A stretch of DNA of 63,899 bases, counting the filler. It is 13 parts of 13 records of this genome, joined end to end, with 100 filler letters (N's around TTAATTAATTAA, not from the genome) between each part and the next. Parts side by side here need not be neighbours in the genome. Positions count along the whole stretch, not along the records: positions 52,545 to 56,938 come from SRR15195285_1637; positions 57,039 to 63,899 come from SRR15195285_1638; 11 more parts are not named here. One strand, written 5' to 3'. A program made the position numbers and the translations under genes. Positions 54,187-63,899 of this stretch are shown piece by piece. The notes beneath the pieces are model-generated. The model was not told where the DNA came from, did no database searches, and was given only the letters and a program-made list of their open reading frames with translations. Each line of letters begins with the position of its first letter. The first letter of the stretch is position 1.

Positions 54187-56650
54187 TTATCTAGCTTTGC
54201 CAACGAAAATGATCAGCGAGTACCGTACTCCTCCATCATTAGCAATGCGCGATACGCCGTGGAGCAGCGTGCTTGCGTGCACTGTCGCCTCACCCTCCTC
54301 TCGCTGCAAGTAGATTCGCAGCCGAGTGAATTGTCAGCGTTCTGGCATACGCGTTCTGGTGCAAGCATTCTACGACGGAATATCGTCTTGTTACGCACCA
54401 CTATTGAAATGACCTGGCCACCGGTCAGCACGAGCAGCTCTCCACCTGAAAGCTCCTTCTCGGAGCACAAGGAGACGTTGCACGTCACTCGGGCCGAGTC
54501 GCAGTGAAATGGAATCCACGGTCTGCACACAGACAGAAACATTCAGACGACATCTCAAGTTGGTTCCGACCAGGAATGAAACAATTGAGCTTGCAAAACA
54601 AGAGCGAAACACAACACTCACCGCCCTCCACTACTGTAACGTCGGACAAACACTTCCACCCCTTCTCTCTGCTCGGCTTCCACTAGGAAGTTTCTTGTTG
54701 TATCGGTTGCTACTAGACTAGGAGCTCCTGCTGCTCCCGACGACGATGCTGACGAATCAAATCGATCAACGAGACCTCCAAGGTGGACCATGTTGGACTC
54801 CCCAACAACGTCAGATATCTGATCAACAGTGAGATTCATCTGAAAGTCTGGCGCGCCATCAACAGTATCGGTACCGTGTGGCTTCAGTCCACTCAGCACG
54901 GCCGCGTCAACAGCCGCACGCAGCGTGACGCACGCCGATGATGGCAACGCTCTCCGCTCTCGCAGAACGCTGCACTCTGGTTTCTGCTGTAATCCTGACC
55001 AGGCAGCTCTATATGCTGGCTCTGGCAGCCGTAAGGCCCGCAGTAGCTGCGCTGGTGTCACTTCACTTGAGCTGTGGTGTTCACGTGGACCTGTATGGAG
55101 CAGCAGAGTTCGAACCTGTGCAAAGCATGCATGCCAAAAACGCAGACGGAGCCAAGTAAAATATGACGGGGTACAGGCGTGCCTCGAGTCGGTAGACATA
55201 TGTTGTCGTTGTGGATCTGCGGTGCGTCTGATTTGATAAGACGTACTGAAGGTGGCATCCGTATTGCTTGCTTGACAAACTCTTCTGATAAGCCCACGGC
55301 GAGCTCCTTCAGGCCGGGCTCGAGCTGCAACCGGACTGCGACACGGTCGCTTTGAATCTCCGGCGCGATCACAATCGCGCTTGATGCAACCGAGGCTGTG
55401 ATACACTCTCGAAGTGTCCTCACAGCATCCGCTAGCAGCTGCGTTTTGTCTAGTCGAAACCCGACCAGTGAGCGTTCACGCGCGCGCATGGACGCTCCAC
55501 CAGCCTGCAGGAGCTGCTGATCAGCTGCAACGGTAGGCCGTGCTCTGAGCTCATCCTCCAGCACGCAGAGCAGACAGCGCCATGCGCGCAACTCGTCATC
55601 TACAGGCAGAGGCTGCCGCATCACGTGAGAAACCTGTGTGCCCCATTGCTCACTGTTGAAACCCATCGCCACCTTGCTCTCTTCGCCCAGCCCTAGACGA
55701 GCAGTGAGGAGGTCTCGTGGTACCGTAAGCCATCTTGCGATCACAATCGTATTCAGATCGCACAGGTTGGGGCCCGGTATGCCAGGCCAGGACGGCCCGA
55801 TCGCGTCGGCATCGCGTAGCAGCACTGCGTTGTCTATGACTGTGCCGATCGTGCAGGCTGCAAACTCAGCAATCTCCACAACCCGAAGCTCCATCTGCTG
55901 TAGCTCGTCGTTGCCATCGCTTGTGTCGCCGTTTGCACGCCCGCCGCATGCTGCCAGGGCAGCCCTTGGCATGTCGTGTATGACGTATGAATCCAAAGGA
56001 TTGCCAGGCACACATACACCAAACTCAAGCAGCTGATCATCGCTGCTCCGCTGGCCGAAACATCGGGTTGCCAACTCACTCCCACTAAGACCGCCGCTGC
56101 CGGCGCGGATGATCAGCTGTCCTTGCTCAACGAAGTGGTCTAGCCCTGCGCTTGCAGAGGGAAGTGCGTCCCCGAGGACTTTCGGCGGCAACACCCACTG
56201 CATTGGCGCTGCTGGAAGCTCACAAAGCACAGCATGTCTCCGAACGTGCGCAAGCGCACCCATCAGCTCTGGCTGGGTCCAGCCGGTCTCTTTCGTTACC
56301 CACGCAGACAGAGATGCAACCCGTGCACATACGAGCTGCTCGATTGGTGCGTAGCACAGTCCAAGGTCACGCACTGGCACACCACAACACGCGCGTACCA
56401 CCACATCACTGCACAGGCCTATGCCATCCGAGTCCCGGCTCCACTCGCACCCGACCTTCCCAGCGTCAGCGTCGTCAGCCTCGAGCAGCTTGAGGGCTAA
56501 CTCTTGCTGCCACGCATCGCCATCATCCACTGCGACCAAGTCCTCGTAAGGCACACAAGCCAGTACCTCGTACGGCCATGCCGTGCCGCAGCTCACACGC
56601 CTGTGCGTCTGACTCGCTGTCGCAGCAGCTGCACTGGTACTGCTGCTCAT
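54187..56650 (-). CDS. Degenerate SET/Rubisco-LSMT-like region fused to a Fe(II)/2-oxoglutarate dioxygenase; introns 55246-55116, 54621-54523, 54398-54304
   Basis: CFGQRSSDDQLLEFGV..PGNPLD and RPTVAADQQLL...FRLDK.QLL (LSMT-like). After splicing: VFVRRY...PWIPFHCDSARVTCNVSL...GGELL...GEATVHASTLLHGVSRI...RYSLIIF (HxD...H...RxS). Confidence 0.78.
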
Positions 56651-56907
56651 GGTGCGCCGGCGGACTGCGCCCCCATGTAGATACTGTGCGTGTAGTACAG
56701 CCCAAGCAGCCCCGCGAACACCGTCGCGATCCCAAAGTACCTGCCACATGGACCAACACCAAAGCCTTGAGCAGCCAGCACTTATTAAACAGCGCAGAAC
56801 CCCTAATACAAAGCGGGCGGGGTTACTGCGCCCTGTTGACCCGTCCCCTACTGTGTACATCTATGGCGTCGAATGACAGCCATGTTTTCCTCGGCTATCA
56901 TCCGTAC

Positions 56908-56938
56908 GCTCTGTCTCTCTCTCTCTCTCTCTCTCTCT
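56908..56938. repeat. (CT)n microsatellite at contig end
   Basis: Directly visible. Confidence 0.9.
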
Positions 56939-57225
56939 NNNNNNNNNNNNNNNNNNNNNNNNNNNNNNNNNNNNNNNNNNNNTTAATTAATTAANNNNNN
57001 NNNNNNNNNNNNNNNNNNNNNNNNNNNNNNNNNNNNNNTACTGCACCGAAGACCGGATCAGTGCTGGGAGCCCTGCTGGATCGGATGCATGGCCGCGCCG
57101 GCGCGGGTCTACTGTACAGCTGATACGATGCGGCCGCGGCGCGCCGGCGCGCCCCGCCCATGCACGAGCACGCGCACAGTTGCCACGCACGCACGACAGA
57201 AGATCGCCTGTTCCATTCATTAGGG

Positions 57226-60225
57226 ATGGAGGTGATGTTGCTGGCTTTGGTGGTGGGACCGTCAGTGCAGGCGAGCACAGTAGGACTCAACACCGCTGCA
57301 GGTGACAACTGCATCGAGGCCTTAACGACGCTCTGCCCTGAGTGGCAACCCAAGCAGCAGTGTCAGGTGTGCGCTGGGGTGCACCAGCACGCGCTGCGAG
57401 TGGCCGAGTGCACACCACAAGAAATCCGCACGTTCTGCAGCTTGGGAGACACCTGTGGCACCGTTCCACTTTCATGCGCTCCCAACTGTGCCAGCGCCAT
57501 CGTCAAGCAGCTGACGCAGTGCAGTGCATCGGGTGGTGGCACGGTGACGCTCTCGGCTGGGATCTACCATTGCAACGACACAGCAGCACCTGACTACCAG
57601 CCAATGCTGCATATTGAAGGCATCAAAAATGTCGCATTGATCGGAGCGGCGGGTAGTGGAAAGTTCAATAGCGCAAGTCCAGACCCTACAGCGACGACAC
57701 TCTTGTTCCATGGGATGAAAGCAGCGTTCGAGATCGGCAGCTCGTCGAACATCAAGGTTCAAAACATCCAGATTGACATGGTGCGGCAGCCCTATACATT
57801 CGGAAAAGCTACGGCCGTCACAGCGACCAGTTTTACTTTGGAATGTGAGTGCAGTTGGCATTACTGCGTCCACACCCGGAGCCTCAGATCACCCTGCGCA
57901 TCTGAACCGTTGAATCGCTGCTTCGCTACCCCGCGTCGTGAACAGTCGACGCAAAGGCATACCCATTTCCGACACCTGTCCCAAACTACTTGCTCAAGGT
58001 CCAAGCAATCATGGGGTTCGACACACATCATTGGCGAATGGCGCATAATCCAGTGGATATTTACGCGACGTCAGAACCGTACAATCTCACTCTCGACGGC
58101 AGTGGGTTGCTGACAGTGCACAACTGTGGGTCTGAAAACAACATTCGCGTCGGCGACTCATACATACTGAGACATCAAGTGTACAGTCTGAATGGGTTTA
58201 GCTTCCAAAACTGTTCCGACGTAGAGTTGCAAGGTGTGCAGCTCTTCTCGATACCAGGTGAGCCACTGCCTCAAAGCGCAAAAATACTGGCTACCGTGCC
58301 ATCGAAACAAGACAGCTGCTGTCCAGAGCAGCAAGCGATTGAGGAGATTGTCGTGAGATGGTCGTCAGATGCAGGTCTTGACTACATTATTTTGTCTGAT
58401 GTAGGAATGGGGTTCTACATGGGCCAAGTCCACAATGCACATCTGAAAAACTGTGGGGTGCGCCGGCGGTCCGGCCGACCGATGTCCATCACTGCGGACG
58501 CGTCGCATTTCAACGAATGCTCGGGTCACCTGCATTTGGAAGGCGTTCACATGGAGGGGCAGGTGAGTGCTCCTCTGTTTGCACGAAGTTGAAATTGGAA
58601 GCCTTGGTAGTCGTCTAATCTTCGTTTTCCATGACTTCCATCGGTGTCAAAATGGTGCAGGGTGATGATGGGTGCAATATTCATGGAATGTTCCACGATG
58701 TTCGTGACACTGGAGATGGCAGCACGTTTGAGCTCGGGAGCCGTCCAGCTGGTGGTATCTCACAAATGAATATCGGTGGGCGTTATGAGTTTCGCAACCG
58801 AAACAACTGGGTAAGGCTACACAGTCAGATGCGCCTCAGCTTTGTGCAACTGAGATCAGACTGTGTGCTCGGCTTATGTGCTGATTATCTTCGGCACGGC
58901 GTTGGCTGCTGATGATCGGATTGCTCGCAGACGATCGAAGGTGTTGGCACCTGCACAGCCACATCCATAGTCGGTAGCAAGCAGCATGCAACATTTGAGT
59001 TTGGAGATCCACCAGGGAAGCGCACTGCAATCTCGAAGTTCGCGTTGCTCACAGACATTTCTCTGCAACCATCTGTACTGATTGAGTCATCATATTTTGG
59101 CAATAACCGCGCACGTGGGACGTTGATCAAGACGAGCAACGTCGTTGTCAAGGACAGCGTCTACAATGCCACCTCGGACCATTGCATATTGGCCTTCCCA
59201 GATGGATGCTACTGGTCTGCCGCCCTCTCTGAATTGTGCTTCTCTATTCTTGCTTCGGGAAAAGACAAGGTCGATTTATCATGAAAAATAGATTCTGGTT
59301 TGGTACTGATGTACACTCATCGTGGCGCAGGTTCGAGTCGAATGGATTCAGCAACTGGAGCGTACTTAACAACACGCTGATAGGCTGCGGAGCCGGGTCG
59401 ACACAGGCCGACATCTTCGTCGCTGCATGTGCACCAATTTATGTGGACGGCCTCCCGACAAAGAATGGCAACCCGATCCAATCGGGCCAGCCCTTTGCAA
59501 ATGGTCGCATTGTTGCAAACAGATTTGTTCAGCCTGGACCACCTCACCAAGCGATTCAGCTGTACGGTTTCGACGGGCTGGTTGTTCAAGACAATCAGCT
59601 GACAAACCCTCGCGCTCCTGCGACAGCAGACACCCTGCCTCGCCCCGCAACGGTTTCAACCAAAAGTGGCAGCAGTACCACACTCGATGTTTGGGCTGGA
59701 TTATGCAATGGGTTCTGTTCGAGTTTTGATGGGTTCGATGTGTCGCCGAGTGGAGCGGTTCTAAACGGCTGGGTTGTGGACACAGATCTTACCAAGAATG
59801 TCTCCAGCTACGTTTCTATCCAGGTCGACGGGGAGGAAGTCATGACTGCGCTGGCAGATGGCTTGCGCCCAGACCTTGTAGGAGTAGTGTGTAAGGAGCC
59901 ACAACACGGTTTCAGCGTAAAGCTTCCGGAGGCCATAGCAAAGACGCTCTTGTCGGGAAATCATACGCTTGCAGTCTTTGCACGACGCCAAGACAACAGC
60001 AAAGTTATGGTGAACAAGAACCAGAAGCTTTATTGCGTTAACCACTACCGGGAGTCGTGCGCTTTTCCACAGGACTGCAGCTGTGGTGCGCCACTGCCGT
60101 CTCGTCTGTTCGTGAGCAACTCGGTGAGCTGCTTGGTCGAAGGCAACACGTGTGAAGGCAAGCCGTGCACGAACAGCGAGCCGACAAATGGCTGTGTGCC
60201 AACGCCCGGCGTTGCAAACAAATGA
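57226..60225 (+). CDS. Secreted GH110-like beta-helix glycosidase with N-terminal 6-Cys module and a bacterial Ig-like insert; introns 57845-57945, 58258-58404, 58563-58660, 58811-58930, 59215-59330
   Basis: Signal MEVMLLALVVGPSVQA. Spliced RPMSITADASHFNECSG...EGQGDDGCNIHG; GNNRARGTLIKTSN; GWVVD...VDG...RPDL...HGF...GNHTLAVFA (Ig-like). All five GT-AG introns keep the frame. Confidence 0.85.
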
Positions 60226-60485
60226 ACGCCGCTGGGCGGCGCCGACAGTGCCTGTCTAGTCTGTCTTGTTGTGCTGATCCACACGCTGAAAAAAAGCTGT
60301 GTATTGGAACGACGATATACCACGTTTGTCCACGTCGTCACACCAGTTTCGCAACCGTTGCGGAACCAGCAAACTAGACAAATTCACTATAACAATATGG
60401 AGCGCGACTACAATGATCTTGGTCGGTCGACCGAGCGCATCTCACGCGCGGCATCCAGGTGGTAGATTTAAAATATGTAGGTCAC

Positions 60486-63400
60486 CTAACAGCGCAGAAG
60501 CTTGAAAACTTTGGGCATGACCAGTGCCTTCAAGTTGGCTAGCGGTGCTTCGACGAGGAAAAAACAGACTGTCGAAATCAACAACCCCACCACGCAGTTC
60601 GTGATGTAGTAGGCCACGCCCAGAAGGTCGTAAAAGTTCAGTGGATTAGGGTTGGAGCCGAATATCACCTGCATCCAGAGTGGATGGCAGAGGTACCTGC
60701 ACGCGAGAGTTTACACCATGAGAAGAAAAGGAAGATAAGGAGCAATTCAGGCTAACTGTGTACTCACCAGCCGTAAGTCAGCCTAGCAAAAGGCGTCCAA
60801 AAGTTCCAGCTCAGAAATCTTGCAATCGGCCCGCCCTTGCACGTCAGTGCAGCGTAAATCAGGTAGGCTACAGCACCACCCCAGGCAGTGCGGCGAAAGA
60901 TGATATAGATCGCGTCCCATGTAGGATTCCATTGGCAGGTGTTGTCCATCCAGTTGCCGTGCGGCCGCGCCCACCAGGGTGAGAATACAGCAACCGCCAT
61001 GATAACTAGTGCAGCGAGATATCCAAAGACAATCGCCACAGTACTCGGAGCTGGCATGTGCCCTGCTTTACTTGACGACTGCGATTGGAAGCAAGCGAGC
61101 ATCACGCCCAACAGAAAGGGGCCACATCGCGTCCAGGGTTTGTTGTACTCGAGAGTATTTTCGTTTCCTTCAAAGTGATGCGTTCCAGTGCGATGCGCAC
61201 CAACTCCTGCTTCACACATGTTGTAGTCGGCATGTACAACTAGAAAGAGAAGGTAGCCCAGTGACCCAAGAATCATCATGCTCATCGTTAGGTATCCAGC
61301 ACTTGGACGCCAGCGAAAAAGGCACAGGAGCCAAGGAGTCAGCATGTGCAGCTGAAAGTCTACGCTGAGATACCATGAGTGACCCATGCAACCCAAGCCA
61401 CCGATGTGTTTGTACCTACACCACAACACCGTTCAGACGGTAAGCCGAATTGAAAGAAGTCATCGCGTCAGCTATCGTTGGTGACAGCGACATTATGCAT
61501 ACCAGTCTGGCTGTGAGCGGTCGATTTTCATCGAGTCAGCAAACTGATTCGGGTACATGTTTGTGATGTAGAGCAAGTTAGTCCAGACGTATTCTTTGCA
61601 GAAGTCGTAGTCACGGCCGATTCCATTGTGAGAGCTCCCATCTCGCTCTCCGTGCGGACCAGTCTGTGTCCACCACATCCAAAGCAGCAACGTCATGCCT
61701 AGAAAACTTGGGTTGTAAAAACAGTAATGGTGGACAACTGGCGTACGTAATCATCCATCTGCGTGGCGGCATCCCAGGTGGCAGCCGGTCCAGTAAGTAC
61801 ATGTGGGATCAGGAACATGTAGACCATCAGCATGAAGAAGTAGAGTGGGGTCAGCCTCAACCATCGATCAACAAACGCCGAAAAAGCGAGCGCCGGAGGA
61901 GAGGGCACTTTCCTCCCGGCCTTATCCATGGCACTGAGCTTCCTTAGGCCGACATACGCTCCGAGGAATCCACTGAGCACGAAGAAAGTATCTACAGAAA
62001 ACTGCCCGTTAGAGATCATAATGGTGGGGAGGCGAGCTTGAATCGTCTCGTCAAAGGCCTGATTGGCAACACCGCCACCAGCCATTGAATTCATATAAAG
62101 GTAGGTGTGGCCGAGCACAACCCAACCCATCGACAAGACTCGCAGACCGTTGAGGATTCGCATCTCTGGAACACCTCCATCCTTCTTGCGCAGGCCGGTG
62201 CGGAAGTTCTCACCCATATCCCAACATGCTAGGACTTTGTGGCAGAAACCACCGATTCCGGGACTGTCAGCTTCGGGTTTGACCAGGCCTGTGGCGCTGC
62301 TGTTGCTACCGTTAGCAGTACGCTGGCTATTTACTAGCAGTGGCGCAGCTATGCTGGTGCCTTGCAGACTGTTTCCCCCGACACCAATTGTGGGAGCACT
62401 AGCGGCGCTAGACCGAGCACTTTCGCCGTCCTGTACAAACTGCCAAAGCTCAGAACGAGACATGCGCTTTATCGCGGCCTCAACCTCCGAGCCTGTGCAC
62501 GAAGTCATCGCAGTAAGGCAGCAAGTAGTGGCCCGTCGAAATGCAAGCAGTGGGAACTAAAGCCGAGTGAGATGTATGTGGCGGCATGATCCGTACAGCT
62601 CATGGCACCGTTGCCTTGCTGCTCCAGTAGGTTCTTGGCACGCATAATGACGTTCTCCTCCATCGGTATTGCAGAGTCGCAGCCAGCGAGGCCAAGCCAG
62701 TCACGACCAGTTGCACTGCAGAGAGTGGCAATGATGCACAGAGCTGCCAGCACAGCGATGGCGGCGACGATCGGGACGCCGTGATATCCGACGGCGTTGA
62801 GTGGGGGCGCCATCGGTTGGTGTGCATACTGAAAGTCGAGCCAAGAGTGGTCCAAACCATACTGCGCGTACGCGTTGGCAATGGCACGGACATCTCGCTG
62901 GTTGTTGCACTCCTCTGGGACACACAGATCTAGCTCTAGATCTTTGTACTGGTTCGTCCCGCTGCAATCCTGATATCCTAAGGGTGGCTTCTCGCCGTTG
63001 CACATGAAATGAGACTGCCAGAAGTAGTACGTATCCAAGGCTACGCATTGGTAGAAATGACCGTGGACACCCATGTGCGTGCTCCAAGATGAGAGCGCTT
63101 GGTACGCGTCCTTGATCGCCTTACTGGGTGGATGGCCCGTCCCTTTGCCAGCCCCGACTGGCTGTAGCCGTCTGCTGGCAATGTCGCTGGTGTTGAGCGT
63201 CTGCTTTGGTTTGAAGATATCGATCATGCTCATCAGCTTCGAGTGACATGTCGGCGAAAACATCGTGCGAATCCGGCAGCCGTCCTGGTTACAGTCAAGA
63301 TTGCTGTTGCAGAACGCGTCGACCACGTCGTGTGAGCAGTTCTTGGCGCCAGCCTTCGATAAGTCGATCGGGCATTCGGCCTCGCACAGGAGGTTCTTGC

Positions 63401-63707
63401 CATAGTCGTTCGGGCAGACTGCGGGGATCGGTGGCTCTGTCCGCTGATCCCCCGCCATTTTCTGCAGGCAGTACTGCTCGTGCTGCGTCAACGGTCGCTC
63501 GCCCGTTTGCCCCCTGTCCAGCCAGCGTTGGACGGACTCGGGAAGCGTGGTCGTTGCGCCGTCACCCGCCTCCAGCTGTACCACAGGTGTCTTTAGCGGC
63601 CGCAACGACAGCGGCGTCTGCAGCATTTCCGAGTAGCTCAACGGCTTCTGCCCAGCGGCCGCACCAACCGTCAGCAAGACCGCCACAGCGACTCCACTGC
63701 CGCTCAT
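60486..63707 (-). CDS. NRF6/O-acyltransferase-like (acyltransferase-3 family) membrane protein, multi-exon
   Basis: Signal MSGSGVAVAVLLTVGAAAG; LNGLRVLSMGWVVLGHTY; SVDTFFVLSGFL; RWLRLTPLY; WTNLLYITN; CMGHSWYLSVDFQLH; YNKPWTRCGPFLLG; ARLTYG-WYLCHP; FLVEAP. Introns include 62608-62493. Confidence 0.9.
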
Positions 63708-63899
63708 ACCGCTCTGCCTGCGCAATGTGGCTTGCCGTTGCGTGTGTGTATACGCAGCTGCACTGCAAGCACCTCGTTCACCCGCGCCGGCGCTGCTGCT
63801 GATGTCGGCTAAACGAATTGCGGCCGGCGCGCGCACCACTACAGCGCGCGCCGCCACTATTTAAAATAGGGGATAAATCCGAGATCGGTCCCGATTTTT

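Overview
This is not one locus. It is 13 unrelated contigs joined by artificial 100-nt spacers (44 N + TTAATTAATTAA + 44 N): 1-3679, 3780-8293, 8394-12068, 12169-15738, 15839-21682, 21783-25567, 25668-30426, 30527-34364, 34465-43786, 43887-48215, 48316-52444, 52545-56938 and 57039-63899. Neighbourhood across spacers therefore means nothing. The source is a GC-rich flagellated eukaryote: it has an inner-arm dynein heavy chain and short GT-AG introns of about 80-200 nt, often with GTGCG, GTACG or GTGAG donors. It is most likely a marine protist MAG/SAG. Splicing the ORF track by hand gives these proteins: a small SET protein; a PKD/REJ-type lectin receptor; an SH3-like/TCP10/transglutaminase protein; a signal-peptide temptin-PAN-TTLL fusion; a beta-helix/GCC-repeat multi-TM receptor; a CheR-type methyltransferase; a polytopic membrane protein; a tandem HET/TIR-like-TPR protein; a DNAH6-like dynein; two GH110-like glycosidases; an FAD oxidoreductase/beta-helix chimera; a UBA-ADP-ribosyltransferase; an LSMT-like/2OG-oxygenase fusion; and an NRF6-like acyltransferase. 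The strongest cross-cutting signal is a modular protein-building pattern. Whole domains sit inside other domains in at least four independent genes, one of them circularly permuted. A 6-Cys module is shared by two unrelated secreted proteins. A KTDD motif with identical 14-nt DNA lies at module boundaries on two contigs, and EP repeats flank duplicated modules. All domain calls come from motif recognition by eye; no searches were run. No rRNA, tRNA, CRISPR array or recognisable transposase was seen.
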